Source: Massalongia carnosa
Lineage: Eukaryota
Assembly: GCA_965645245.1 (NCBI GenBank)
Contig: OZ287081.1
Span: forward strand, 1,116,001-1,180,000
Direction of reading: 5' to 3'
Length of the DNA stretch: 64,000 nucleotides
Shown piece after piece: positions 44,470 to 58,368 of the stretch; position 1 is the stretch's first letter, and every line of letters begins with the position of its first letter. The translations under genes were made by a program, and so were the position numbers. The notes under the pieces were generated by a model. It ran no database searches. It was not told the origin of the DNA and saw only the letters and a list, made by a program, of their open reading frames with translations.

Positions 44470-47400
44470 ATGTAAGTTCTTTATTCAACCATCGCAACGA
44501 TTGGAGTATTCTAAAGTTTGCTGTAGGTGTAAGTCCGTTCACTTTATACCCACAGCGTAGGGCTTCTATATTCTATCGCACGCATCTGAATATGTTTTAT
44601 CCATTCTTCCACATCCTATGCTGTCTACATTCAGATTTACATAGCTAATTACAGTCCAGCAAAAATCGACAAGCTATCGATCCTTGGGTAAGATATTCTC
44701 CAGCTGCCCGTCTCAACGTACCAAGCTGAGAATGCCATAGCGTCAGGTCCTTTGATAATACCAGGAGCGAAACCATTCAGTTCCATGCCCCATTAACTCT
44801 TATAGTGGGTTACAATGGCTCAGGAAAAACTGTATATCTTACTTGTTGGTAATATTCATAGCTGATGGTGCCGTAGACTATCATTGAGTGTCTCAAGTAT
44901 GCTACTACGGGCGAATTACCACCTAATAGTAAGGGTGGCGCATTTATTCATGATCCTAAGGTACGTCCCTTGACTCTACAAGTAGGAGTTGAACAAATAA
45001 CGGGAGCAGTTATGTGGGGAGAAAGAGGTACTTGCCCAGGTCAAGCTATCCTTTAAAGGCACCTCCGGAGCGAAAATGGTTGCCACCCGAAGTCTGCAAC
45101 TAACCGTAAAGAAGACCACAAGAGTGCAAAAAACACTTGAAGGCCAACTCTTGATGATCAAAGATGGAGAGAGGACTGCTATATCTTCACGAGTCGCAGA
45201 GCTTGATCAAATTCTACCTCAGTATTTGGGCGTGTCGAGAGCTATCCTGGATTCGGTAATATTCTGCCATCAGGACGAGAGCCTGTGGCCAATGAGTGAA
45301 CCCTCTGTCCTGAAAAAGAAATTTGATGAAATCTTTGAAGCTTTGAAGTATACTAAAGCCATTGACAATATCAAGCAGCTACGAAAGAAGCAAAACGAAG
45401 AACTTGCTAAATACAAGATCTTGGAGCAACACTCGAAAGAAGATAAAGACAAGGCCGATCGAGTTAGCCAGTTCTGTGTTATTTCTCATCTCACGGTGCT
45501 AATAATTATATAGGCTGAGAAAAAGTCGCAGCAGTTGTCCGACGAAATCGAGAAGTTACGGGTAGAAACAAAGGACTTAAATAGACGAGCACAAGAAGCT
45601 AGTACAAAGTCCCAAGAAGCATGGAACCTCAGCGCCCAATATGAGCATGTAGTCGAGTCCATGAAACTAGGCCAGGAGAAACAGGATTGGCTCCAGAAAA
45701 ATCTCAATGAACTAAGCCTGGACTTGAAGGAACGGAGTGAATCTGATGAGTGGTTACAGACAGAATTAGACCAGTATGAGCAGCGTATGAAAGTTCACGA
45801 AGAACACAAGCGACAGCAGACAAAGCAGTACGAGAACCTTACAAATGCCATTGGACAAGTTCGAGAAAAGCTTCACAACAAGCATATTGAAGCAGGGAAG
45901 TATGAGGAGCAAAGGGCAAATCAAGAGAAGCGGGTTGAGAATCGAAATTTTTTGGTTAAAGAGACAGCGCGCCATCATAACATCCGAGGCTATGATACTA
46001 ACCTAGTCGAAACCCAGATTCTTCAGTATTTAGATCGAATTTCAAATATGTATAATGATCAAAATGCTATCATAGAGCGGTTCCGCTGGGAGAGCGAAAA
46101 AGAAACGCGAAAGTCACAGGACATACTAAGTAAACTAGGTGAAAGAAAGTCAGCGCTATATGAGGCTAAAAACTCTGCAAAACAGCAGTCAGCTTTCAAC
46201 GAGCGTAGTATGGGGTCGCTTCAGCTGGAGCTCAAGGGAATAGAGATCGATGAAGGCGGACGAGCAGTACTAGAAGCGAATGCCGAAGATCTTGAATCTC
46301 AACTCGCAGGGTCCAAAGATAAGATGAAGGCAGCTTCTTGGGAATTAAAATTACAGGAAAGCAATGTTCAGTTACGGTCGCTGGATGACCAGACAGAACA
46401 GCTCAATAGAGAATTAATTTTAGGGACCAAGCAAGCAGGAGACTTTGCCAAGCTAGATCATTTAAAGAATGGTTTAAAAAACAGTCAGCGCAGCCTTGAT
46501 ACAATGGTCCGAGCTCACAGTGAAAGGCTTCAGAGCATTCTAGGGCCGAAATGGCATCCTTCCAGCCTTGAGGCCGATTTTCAGCTTGTCCTCGACGAGA
46601 GGTCTATGCAGGTCAAAGTAGCAGAGCACCGTAGGGAGGAAGTTTCTCGAAAGTTAGAACAGTCAGAATTCCAATTGATGAATGTTCGAGCAGATTTGAG
46701 GAAAGGCGACGAAGACTCTGAAAGATGTGTGCAGATTATTCGAAAAAGCACACAAGGAGAGCCTGAGGACTATATTGAAGATCTGAAAGAAATGCAGAGT
46801 AATCGAGATACCCTAAAAGCTGACGTCGATAATTATAGCAATGAACGAAAATTTTACAGCACGTCCATCACGTACGCAAATAAGCACGATAAGTGTAAAC
46901 TGTGCTCGCGTCGTTTTCATGCGAACCAAGAACGACTGTCTTTTGTAGAGGAAATGGAGAAAAAGATTGCTAAAGCTGCCATGGATGATTTGCAAAAGCA
47001 GCTCCGAGACATAGAAGCCGAACTTGAAGAAGCGAAGAATGCTGGCCCAAGTCATGACACCTGGCTACGGTTGTCCAAAACAGAGCTGCCAAGACTTCGA
47101 GTGGAAATTAAACAATTTGAAGAAAAACGTGCAGCCCTACTCCATGAGATTGAAGAGCATGATAAGACAGTGAAGGATCAAGAGGATGCTAAAGGGGATG
47201 TCGAAGTGCTAATCAAACCTATCGCCAGCATTATCAAGTACGCCCGCGACATCAGCAGCTTTGAGATGCAGATAAATGACGTTGATGCCAAGCAAAAGGA
47301 TGCTGGCTCCATACGTACGCTCGAAGAGATCCAAGAAGATCTGACAGTAGTTGCTGGCAAGTCTCGTTCTATGAGAGAACGCATTGCTAAAATGGCCACT

Positions 47401-48862
47401 GACAAGGAACGGGGTCGCTCACATATAAGCTCGCTGGAACTGAGTCTTAGTAAAGCCAGAAACGAGCTAATAACTGCACATCACCAGCTCGAGAAGAAGG
47501 CTGGTATCCTCCGACAGATTGAGGAACTCGGAAAGATTAACCAGGAGCATCGAGAAACAGCGAAGCGCCTGGAGGAGCAAGTTCAAAGTTTAGTTCCTCA
47601 AATTATCGAAGAAGATGCCAAATTGGATGATATTAAGCAGCGTAATTTAATCAAGGAGAAGGAATTACAGCAAGAAGCGACAAAATTATCCGACAGCATT
47701 CACAAACTTAAGCTCATTGGACAGGAAATCCAAGCCTACATAGACTCTAAGGGGTCGGAAAAGCTATCAAGGTGCCGAAGAGAGATTGAAAGTGCTCAGC
47801 AGGAGATTGGGCAGATAGAGAACGAGCAGAAGCAGATAGCTGTTGAGATCAACAAAATCAGCGAACAGTTGAGAAATCACCATGAAACCAAGAGGACTAT
47901 AACTGAAAATATCAAGTATCGGCGAAACTTGCGTGAGCTAGACGCGGTTAAGACAGAAATCGGTAAGCTTAGCGCACAAAACGCGGAGGCTGACCTTGAG
48001 CATCATCAAAAAGAGGCATCTTACTGGCAGCACCAGCATAAGCTACACTCGACGGCCGAAACCAGTAAGCTGGGGGCTATGAAAGCTAAGGATGACCAGC
48101 TTATGCAGCTTCTCAATGACTGGAATACCGACTATAAGGACGCGACAATCAAGTACAAGGAAAATCATATAAAGGTCGAGGTAACTATCTCCTCATCCAC
48201 CTGCTTTTCTTAATGGCTGAATTAGTGAAGACTTCCAAAGCAGCAATAGAAGATCTTGGTCGATATGGAGGGGCTTTAGATAAGTTCGTCCTCCGAGCCA
48301 ACTCCACTAAATTGCTCAGGCTAACATAACGAACAGAGCAATCATGAAATATCATAGCATCAAGATGGAGGATATCAACCGTATCATCGAAGAGCTGTGG
48401 AAGCGGACCTATCAAGGTACCGATTTAGACACCATCTTGATACGTTCGGACAATGAAACAGCAAAAGGTAACCGATCATACAATTATCGCGTGTGCATGG
48501 TCAAGCAAGACGCAGAGATGGACATGCGCGGTCGATGCAGTGCTGGACAGAAGGTGCTCGCTAGTATTATCATTCGCCTAGCTCTGGCTGAATGCTTTGG
48601 CGTCAACTGTGGTCTCATTGCTCTTGACGAGCCGACAACCAATCTAGACCGTGACAACATCCGCTCACTTGCTGATTCTCTTCACGATATTATCAAGGCG
48701 CGGCAGCAGCAATCGAACTTTCAGCTGATTGTTATCACACATGACGAAGATTTCCTAAAGTATATGAAGTGTGCCGACTTCTGTGACACTTATTATCGAG
48801 TGTCGAGAAATGATCGGCAAAAATCCATCATCGAGAGGCAATCGATTGCAGAGGTGCTTTGA
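44470..48862 (+). CDS. RAD50: DNA repair protein Rad50, multi-exon
   Basis: [17 protein letters not shown], Walker [16 protein letters not shown], long coiled coil with CKLC zinc hook, signature CSAGQK, Walker B ALDEPT, VITHDE. Confidence 0.96.
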
Positions 48863-50613
48863 ATCTTTCCACGTTTGCTTCAAAGTTACAGACCACACTG
48901 CGTATTCACACGATGATACAGGATTGGCATGACATTCGCTTGCATGGGTTATGTATTGTGTCGTCACATATTAGTATATTAGTATTACAGGGAGACGTAG
49001 CTACTGCTAATGCCAGATTTGTAAGTAGCCTACTCTGTATATGGATGCCAAAACCCCACAATGTTGTGGTTGGATGCCTTTCCATACATGTTCTGGGCTG
49101 TTAGAGATACGCTACCAAGCATAGCAACGGATGCCAAATCTACGATCACTCATCTGATATTGTGCAAGCTAAGGAGGGTTCGAGAGCATCACAAGGGGAT
49201 GTGCACGTGCAAAGAGTGGGTGGGCTTTGTGGTCCGACCGGTCCCTAAATCACACGTCAACAACCTCACCCATTGCTTCATGGCCTATCGACGTTATTCG
49301 CCATCAAACGGTACGTCACAGCATGTGGCGATGGTATTTCATGACGTAGGGAGGAGCATCTTTGAGGGCGACGGTGGTACTGCAATCAAGTCACAAGGTA
49401 CCATGATTTGATGAGTTCTCCCTACAGATTTCGGATCAAAGGGCTATCACGAGATGAACGAAGGAGAGAAGGAGGGGAGCGAAAAATAAAAATAAAGATC
49501 GGTTAGAAGCGGTCAAGTCCACGAAAGCAGACAAGACTGCCTACTCTCTTCATTTCTTTGATAAAATTTACATCTCGCAGATTGGTGGACTTTGTAGTTG
49601 TTAGTGCGCTGTGACTCTGTACACGTACAGAGTACCTACTTCCACCAGCTGAGCTATCATGTTCACATTACACTGTAGAGTACTCCGTATAAAGATGCTC
49701 TGTAAAACTGTCCGTGGTCGCGTTTAGTCAGCTGCAGAAGAATTCTGCATGACAGATTCCTGCACGTCACTTTTCACTAGAACTACAGAAGTACTCCGTA
49801 CCACTTTCCTATCATACCCTTGACAGGGTCACCTGAGCCACAAACCCGACTTTTATTACGCCGGTGGCTTACCCCGCAATGATCGTCCCGAGCGTACGCT
49901 GGAATTCCTCCGGGGCGATTGAATTAAACATCAACACACAAACAGAGCTAACCTTCCGGGGTCGGGCGTTGTCTTACCCGCAGCGCCACATCTCAAGTAC
50001 CGAGTACCATCCCTAACCACCTGATTGGTCTGTTTGGATGGCATCCCAAATGGCAGGTCACGGCCGACAACTATGGGTAGGGCGAAAGAGTTACTCTGCA
50101 CCTATTCCGTACAACGATGCGGGAATATGGCGGAAACCGTACAGAGGCGTACCTGTGGTAGGCGCGACGTTTCGTCATAGACGGGTCCGATCTCACATTT
50201 TAGGGTTCACACAGCGATCTGATCGGTCAGCTGGTAGCTGTCGCTAACCGCTGACACTTCGAATCGACTCCTCTTTGAACTGAATTTGCTTCCGACGTGA
50301 TGTGGAGTTGGCTTGTGTGTGATCGATTTCTCTGCACGAGTGCTCTGTGCTAGTGCTAGTACCCCGGTTTTCGGAGGTATGGCCTATATGCCCTTTAAAC
50401 CACTCACCCAAAGACCTTACCTTCATATTTAAAGATGCGTCTCACCGTGTCCGTTACCTTGTTAATCCTGCAGCTTCATGCACCACATACCACAACACTG
50501 TGTGTTCTGACAATAATTCATCCCAAACACATTTCGAATTGACCATCCTCCATCAGATCTCATCCTAGATATCCGCGTCAGATTCACGTTGCTTCCTCAT
50601 TGTACTACACAGC

Positions 50614-52164
50614 ATGCTGTTCAGCATCGTCTCTGTTATCCTAGCCAGCGGATTAGCTGTGGCGTAGGGTCCCCAGTGAAGCGCACTTTCAACTCTATTA
50701 CTTATATGTGTCCATAGTAATCCCATCCTAAAACGCAAGGTTGATTTCGACTTCGGTTCAGATATAGTTCGGGGTGTGAATATTGGTGGGTGGTTGGTAT
50801 TGGAGCCGTAAGTCCTGCTAGCAGGCCTTTCAAACAGACGAACTAAGCTGATGGTATTAGATGGATAACACCCTCGATCTTTCAAGCTCAAGATGGTTCG
50901 GTCGTTGATGAGTGGACTCTCTGCGAGAAAGTATCCTCGGCTGGCGATATATTGAAGAAGCACTGGGATACCTGGGTATCGCTTCAGGATTTCCAGAAAA
51001 TCAAAAACGCTGGGTTCAACACGGTACGGATACCGATTGGATGTAGGCTTCTCCCCTCAAAGAATGATGCAATGCGGAGCTGATTTGAATCTAGACTGGG
51101 CGTATCAGAAATTCGGCAATGACCCGTACATACAAGGCGCTGCACCGTACATGGACAAAGCCATTGATTGGGCCAGACAGACAGGATTAAAGGTGTGGAT
51201 TGATCTTCATGGTGCTCCTGGCTCACAGAACGGATTTGACAACTCTGGACAACGTACCAACAATCCTAGTTGGACAAAAGGCGACACCACAAAGCAGACA
51301 CTAGAGGTCATCCAGCAAATTTCTAACAAGTATGCTAAGGCGGACTATCAGGATGTGGTGGTGGCGATTGAGCTACTAAATGAGCCTCTTCCGGACAAGC
51401 TGTCCGGCACCGATGCTGTTGTTCAATTTTCTAAAGACGGTTATGGGGAGGTGAGAAGCGTTAGTGACACGCCAGTCGTTGTACACGACGCATTTCAACC
51501 CGGCTCGTTCTGGAACAATATATTAACAACAAGCGACATAAAAAATGGTACCTATAAATCTTAAACTCATTCAGAAATTTCCGAGTTAATTTAAAAACAG
51601 TTCTGATTGATCATCATGAGTATCAAGTTCGTTGCCCAACACTAAATTCGCTTTCGCCACTGACATTTATGTAGGTTTTCTCAAACGAAGAAGTAGCACG
51701 ATCACCCTCGGTAAGTCTAAAGACCGACAAGACCTACTGTATAGAAGCGACTAACAGACTAATAGGACCACCGCCAATTTGTCTGTAGCCACGCCGCCAG
51801 TTACTCTGCCAACACCAATCATTGGGTTGTTGTTGGTGAATGGTCCGCGGCTATGACAGACTGTGCGGCAGCCTTGAACGGTTATGGAATTGGGGCACGG
51901 TATGACGGCTGGTACCCTGGCAGTTCACGGGTAGGATCATGCGACACCATTAATTTCATCGACACCTGGGACCAGAAGCTTAAGGACGACACCCGCAGCT
52001 ATATTGAAGCTCAATTGAACGTGTATGAACAACATACCAGAGGCTGGATCTTTTGGAACTTCAAAACCGAGGCCAGCGCCGAATGGGATCTTTTCCGACT
52101 TCTGGACAATGGTATCTTTCCGCAGCCGCTGACATCGCGAAAGTTCAGTTCTATCTGTTCCTGA
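50614..52164 (+). CDS. exgA: Secreted GH5 exo-1,3-beta-glucanase, multi-exon
   Basis: Hydrophobic signal peptide, VRGVNIGGWLVLEPWITP, VRIPIG, IDLHGAPGSQNGFDNSG, ELLNEP acid/base, VVGEW nucleophile, GWIFWNFKTE. Confidence 0.93.
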
Positions 52165-52643
52165 TCTTCAGCGGCCAAGCATCTGGTGTATGTTGCGTTT
52201 TCAACTATTTGGCAGATTTCGAACATGGTGCGATATAGGAGTTATTAATCACCCCAATCGACACTCATGTCACTATGAAGATGGAAATGGAAAAGGAAAG
52301 TAAATTCTCTTTCTGAGCACTTTTGGCGTGGCTTTTTCCCTTATGGCACTCATGATACCCTCGCTGTGATTGAGCTGGAGAGACGAGCATTGAACAAGGA
52401 GAAGTGAAAGAAGAATGTATTATTATTCCAAAAGGAAAATGTACGATTAACGCGAAATTGAAAGGCTCGTTGAACATACATAGTACCAAGAAACGCATTA
52501 TGAAAGTGATGCTCTTAGAGCTTCAATGTATAACTTGCCATCAATTCACATCATCATTTGGAGCAACGGACGCTATCTCCTTACAACCCTCAAACTAAGT
52601 TTTGGAAGCCGCAGCCGTAGTACCTAGGTTGCGGCTGAACGTT

Positions 52644-53702
52644 CTACTCCTCAGCGAAGGCTTCAAGCACGTCCAAGTCATCATCCTGGCTAAGGACTTT
52701 TTCAATGAGAGCTATCGTAGCCCTCATCGGCAGCCCAATCACGTTATTCAGGCTTCCATCAACGCGGTCCACCAGGATGGCCCCAATGCCCTGAATGCCA
52801 TACCCCCCTGCCTTGTCGGCGCCTTCCCTCGTCTTGACGTACGCCATGATCAGGTCGTCGCCTACATCCTTGGCGAAGCGGACGCTCGTCTCCTCCACCG
52901 TCGAATGGAGCGCGTAGCCCGGGTCGCGGGCGCTTGGCAGCGGCGCCATGGCCACGACGGCCGTGTACACCTGATGCACTCCGGCATCGCGCAAGCCCTG
53001 CAGCATGGCGACGTGCTCGGCCTGCGAGCGCGGCTTCTCCAAGATCTGCCCCAGCTGAGAAACCACCACCGTGTCCGCGGCGAGGACAAGGGCCGGCTCG
53101 CCGCGCGTGGCGTTGTCGATCTCGGCCGTGTAGACGGTCATGGCTTTGCGCGTCGCCGTTTGCAGCACGTACTCGAAGGGGGACAGTGACTTGGGGAGGT
53201 CCTCGGGGACGCTGGACGGGATGATTTCGACGTTGTGGACCAAGCCTATCTAGATGGAGAGCAGGGCTTTGGATCAGCTAGCTGTTTTTCCCGTTGGTCT
53301 TTTTTGTTTCCGAAGCAATCTAGTTAACTCGTGTTGCTTCAGAAGTGCTCGGGTTTTGTTTATTCGGGTTAACTAGTGTATGAATTTTTGGGGAGAAAAA
53401 AAACACTAAGCACTTCTGGCCCACACGAGTAGGTGGGTAGGTACATAGGTGAATGAATATCTCAAACACTAGCCCCCCCAAAAGGTCATGTAAAACTGCA
53501 TGGTAACTAGGTAACTAGGTAACTAGCTGACATCCTGCCTCCATGCGTACCTGCGCGAGTAACTGCTTTCGCCGCGGCGACGCCGATGCGAGAATCACTC
53601 TCTTACCCCGCAGAGCGTTCAGGACTGGAAGGTCCAGCGGCAAGGGCAGGCGTGGCGGATGGGAGGAGGGTCGGGAAGGGAGAGGGGTCGTAGTGTGCGT
53701 TG

Positions 53703-53742
<40 letters not shown>

Positions 53743-53805
53743 TGCTGCAACATCGTACGAGGGCGGCAAATCTGGCGCGGAAGGAACGGGTGTGGCATCT
53801 TCCAT
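52644..53805 (-). CDS. Maf-family nucleoside triphosphate pyrophosphatase, two exons (53805..53551, 53249..52644)
   Basis: VILASASPRRKQLL, LAADTVV, ILEKP, DKAGGYGIQG, NVIGLP. Confidence 0.92.
53701..53749 (-). repeat. (GCA)n microsatellite encoding poly-Ala in the Maf N-terminus
   Basis: TGCTGCTGC run on the plus strand. Confidence 0.9.
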
Positions 53806-56515
53806 GTTTTGGTTTTTGCTAAGGAGGTCGATATGTACTCTGTAGTTGACTAAATTCCACCGAATTTTAAGCGCCAAGGACGGTTAACTAGCACGTGGGT
53901 GAAAAAAAAAGATACAACGTGGGCCGAGGTTAACCCCTGATCACCCCACCAAAAAATCCTAAATAATCAACAAAATCACGTACTTTCAACTACATCATAC
54001 CTTCTAAACGTGCCTTCTAAACGTGGTGCTATTCATTATGATACTCCTCTGAAGGCCAAAGTTCAAGGCGCGCATCAATATCTTTCTGCTAAAGGAATTC
54101 CACACGATGTGCGCGATATTTTCAAAGAATTTGGTGTCAGATCCGAAAGAGCAGGATATAAAATGCTGGAAGAGGGAGCATCGTCACGAAAGAGACATCA
54201 TATTTCAGGAATAAATGACACTCGAGGTCGCAAATCAAAAGTCACTGGAGAACAAGTGCGAGAGGCTGATCAAATTCTACAACAAAGTGATTTAGAGCTC
54301 GAAGGAAAGAGATATGCTTGGGAACAAATTGCAACGGAGGTAGGAGCTGAAGTGGTAGGTCGAACCATGCATAACATTCTTCGAAAGGCTTTGGATTATG
54401 AGAAATGCCTGGCCTGCGTGAAAGGATGGCTTGATGAGACTCCTATGGAACGAAGAGTTGAATATGCTTCGGTAATGAAAGCAAGATATCCCAAATCAGA
54501 AGACTGGCATCGAGTTTGATTCAGCAACGAAGTGCACTTCGGACACGGTCCCGAAGGTCAATTGTGGATAATTCGTCAGCCTGGTACTCGATATCGCTAG
54601 GATTGTATTCAGCATCGTGATCCTCTACCCGAAAAGACTCGAAAACGAATACATTGCTGGGCTGCAGTCGGGTTCAATTTCAAATCTGATATCATATTTT
54701 ACGATTTTCCGGGCAACAGCAATGGTAAAATGACTCATCAGGGCTACATCGACTCCATTCTCGAACCTAACGTAATTTACCCTCATTCGGGTCAGCCCCC
54801 CATTCGGGCCCCCATTCGGGTCACCCCATTAAAATCTAGCGACCGAAAAAAATTCTATCCTGTTTATCCACCACCACCGTATATTTATCTATTAATTGTA
54901 GATAAAATGTCCATTAATATGCCTACAATTGACTCTGCTACTAGATTACAGTTGGCTATCGAAGAATTAGCCAAAAATCCGGGCATTTCGCAGCGGGAAA
55001 TAGCGCCTTTACGGAGTTCCTCAGTCGACTTTACAGGCCCGGCTCAAAGGCAGGCGGGCCGCAAAACACTATCATCAAGCCGCCCAAAGGCTATCCGTCC
55101 ACGAAGAACAGGCTCTGATTGATTGGATAGAGCGGATGACCTCATGGGGTTGGCCGCCTCGTATCCAACATTTGGAAGGCATGGCCAGAAGTCTCCTGAA
55201 CGCCAAAGGGGACAAAAATCCGTTGGGTCGTCATTGGTATCAAAAGTTTTTGAAAAGGCATCCCGATTTCAAAATCAAATACAATAGAAACCTCGATCAA
55301 TCCAGAAAGGATGCTGGTAGTCCCGAAATTTTGCGTGATTGGTTCGAATTGTACACGACCACCTTGGTCAAATATGGGATTTCAGATGAAGATACTTACA
55401 ACATGGATGAAAAAGGCTTTGCTATGGGCATCGCAGACAGTTCAAAGGTCATAATCAAAGGAACAACAACACCATTCAATGTGCATCCGGGAAATAGGGA
55501 CTGGGTTTCTCTTATTGAGTGCATATCATCCCGCGGAACAGTTCTTCCGGCTTATATCATTTTCCAAGGTGCCCAAGTTCAACCTGCATGGTATGATACC
55601 ATGGAGACGAAGGCAGATACCGTTCGGGTCAGTCCCAATGGTTGGACGGATGCGGAGATAGGCCTTCATTGGTTGCAAACGGTGTTCAATAAGCATACAA
55701 AACCTGAACGAGGCATGTATAGGATGCTAATTGTAGATGGCCATGAGAGTCACGTCTCCATTCCTTTTATGGAGTTTTGTGCCCAAGAGAAAATCATACC
55801 CCTTTGTTTGCCACCACATTCAACTCATTTATTGTAGCCCCTGGATGTCGGTGTTTTTGGCCCTTTATCTAAGGCCTATAAACAACTCGTTTCCAGCCAA
55901 TCACGTTACGGGGCTGTGACTATTTCTAAGCTAGATTTTTGCGCCTTATTCAGGTGGCTAGGAAACAGGCCATTACTACTACTAACATCATGAGTGCATG
56001 GCGGGGGGCAGGCCTCATCCCATTTAATCCAGGGCATGTTCTAGGCAAGTTGCCTAGGCCTATCACACCTCCTACCTATCCAAACACCGTCACCGATGCC
56101 CCCCAAACGGAGCAGCGAATCCAGGAAGTCAGCGATGCCCTTATATCCTGTATAACTCCATCTCTTCGCGCGCATGTTGAGTTGCTTAAAACAACTGCTT
56201 TGAATGCCGTCGCTGATAGGGTTATTCTAAGACACACCAATCAAGAACTGATTGATAAAAAGGCTCAGGGACGTCAAAAAGCATCCAGAAAGGGGGGTGT
56301 TAAAGCGAGGGTGCTGACTGTGGGTGAAGGGCAGGCGATTGCGGAGGAAAAACAGAGGAAGGAAGAAGCATTGGCCAAACAAAAGGAACGGTACCATGCT
56401 TTAAATGGTAAAGTAAAGTTCGCAAAGGCCGTATGGAAGGAAATGCAGATGGATAGTGATGTTTTTAGTTAGTTTTGGGGATGGTGGAAGCAATGTAATA
56501 TTTTTCTTTGGTGTA

Positions 56516-58368
56516 CGGAGGCGAATCTCAAAAGTAATGATAATACGCTAAAGACTAGCGCCGTAATTTAGATTTTCCATACCGAGCCTGAAATTCTACC
56601 AACTATCTACAAATGCCATTACCAACCATCTAATCAACGTCTTTTTGGTCTGAAACTGGCTGCAGTACGAATAACCTTCTGAATGCGTGGGGGAAGGTGA
56701 TTTTTCGGAGATAAAACGGCTCTTTTTCTCAATAAGGGGGGTGTCAATGGCTTCTGTGTAGGGGGCTCAGGGGTAACTGCCCTGACATTCAACGGGCTGG
56801 GTGTATCATCATTTAATTGTCTGGATGATGGTCTCGTTGACGCCACAGAAGAAGAAGCTGGTTTTGCTGTATTACTGAGCAATTCTTCCCTCAGCTGTTG
56901 AAGTCGCATTTTTCCTTCTTTGGTCCGTCCATCAACGTCCAAACGTCCTTCGCAATACTCATTTCCACCTTCCAATTCAATGACTTTTGCAATGTGACGT
57001 GGAATTCTTTCAATCCATGCCTGAATATTCTCCTGAGGTAGATCGTCCCAAGTGCGATGCCACATAGATTCAGCAATTAACCGAGAACTAGGAGGACCTT
57101 TGGCAGTTGTACGTCGCTTCATCCAGGGCCAGCAGGGTTCAATCATGTTGAGATCAGGAGAATTTCCGGGCCATAAAAGACGCTCGATGCCATGACGAGA
57201 GAAGATGGGAATCTGATGCTTGGAAGCATGAGACGGAGCCTTATCTTCCTGTACGATCATTTCAGACAGTCCGGCTTCTCTTCTGTTTGCATTGCATTGC
57301 TGAGCAAAAGGAATCAGTTTTGGCAGAACTATGACGTTTTGATCCCGCCACCAATCAATGCCTCCTTTACCTTCTTTTCTGATCATCTTTCCATGTTCCT
57401 CATCCCATTTCCATTGCGGCTTTTTTCCTGGTAAATTGCGAGTTGAAAGACGTCTCATTCCATTGGTCAGCTCCCAATTTAATCTCTCACTGGCTTCCAA
57501 TGCAGCATTCATCTCGTCAAGCTTGGTTTTGGCTTCCGCTTTTTCTGCTTTTGTCTCCGGTTTCCAGCAATGACATGGCCCCTTCCAATCGTAGGAAAAG
57601 CATCCCCAAAACATGAATTCATGAGCCCCATGCCACCTGGCACGTACGGTGGATTTGACTGGTCTTCTTCCTTCCTTGGTTGTACGCCAAATTTTGACAG
57701 CTCCGCGACGGTGACCAAGCACTATTGCTGTTTCATCTGACCAAATAACCCGCTTCCAATCCTCCACGGTCCAGTCTTTATACAGGAGACAAAAAGCCAG
57801 TCTAGCCGCTTTCATTTCAGGAGTAAGCCCTGGTCTATACGACGGTTTGACTTTATTATAGCCTCTTTGTTTCAGGATTCTCCACACGGTGCATCTGGAC
57901 AGTCCAACTTCTCTTGCCAACTGGGCACTGGTTTTTTCACGGGCGTATCTGTCTTTTATGACTAGATCAATGACTTCATCTTCTTTCTCAGTAGTAGCCT
58001 TTCTCGGTCGACCAGATTTTTCTTCATGACGGGCGTATTTATCAAGCACCTGCAAAGAAATGGCGGGATCAAATCCTCGATCCCTGGCAATGCGACGAAT
58101 ACGATAAATGTTGGGGACAGAATAACCTGTAGTAGCTGCAATAAATTCAATTGAGGCCGGGGTGCAATAAGACAACGTCAAGACCTGAGCCCGCAAAGAA
58201 ATATCAGCTGATTTATTGACCATGATGATGATTTGATCAAATGTTGGTTCGTAAATGATTTGGGATGAGAAAAGGGGAAAGAAAAGGGGAAAATTTGCTC
58301 GGTACGGAAAATTTAAATTACGGCACTAGCTTTTAGCGTATTATCATTACTTTTGAGATTCGCCTCTG
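56516..58368 (-). mobile_element. Tc1-like DD34E transposon (1853 bp)
   Basis: About 70-bp TIRs C[G/A]GAGGCGAATCTCAAAAGTAATGATAATACGCT; TA TSD at 56514-56515 and 58369-58370. Confidence 0.93.
56634..58223 (-). CDS. Tc1-like transposase, 529 aa, uninterrupted
   Basis: SGRPRK, HTH, VIWSDE, VQEDKAPSH, WPGNSPDLNMIE (34 residues between D and E). Confidence 0.9.
   Translation of the reverse strand: MVNKSADISLRAQVLTLSYCTPASIEFIAATTGYSVPNIYRIRRIARDRGFDPAISLQVLDKYARHEEKSGRPRKATTEKEDEVIDLVIKDRYAREKTSAQLAREVGLSRCTVWRILKQRGYNKVKPSYRPGLTPEMKAARLAFCLLYKDWTVEDWKRVIWSDETAIVLGHRRGAVKIWRTTKEGRRPVKSTVRARWHGAHEFMFWGCFSYDWKGPCHCWKPETKAEKAEAKTKLDEMNAALEASERLNWELTNGMRRLSTRNLPGKKPQWKWDEEHGKMIRKEGKGGIDWWRDQNVIVLPKLIPFAQQCNANRREAGLSEMIVQEDKAPSHASKHQIPIFSRHGIERLLWPGNSPDLNMIEPCWPWMKRRTTAKGPPSSRLIAESMWHRTWDDLPQENIQAWIERIPRHIAKVIELEGGNEYCEGRLDVDGRTKEGKMRLQQLREELLSNTAKPASSSVASTRPSSRQLNDDTPSPLNVRAVTPEPPTQKPLTPPLLRKRAVLSPKNHLPPRIQKVIRTAASFRPKRR

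Noticed and set aside
49000..50560. Short ORFs and two GTACTCCGTA motifs upstream of the glucanase
   Set aside because: No coding signature; the motifs may be promoter elements but two copies are insufficient evidence
52602..53224. Long plus-strand ORFs overlapping Maf
   Set aside because: Antisense shadows caused by high GC content
32508..53805. Gene island as a functional cluster or captured cargo of a giant mobile element
   Set aside because: Functionally unrelated housekeeping genes with normal introns; no tyrosine-recombinase captain or shared boundary repeats seen
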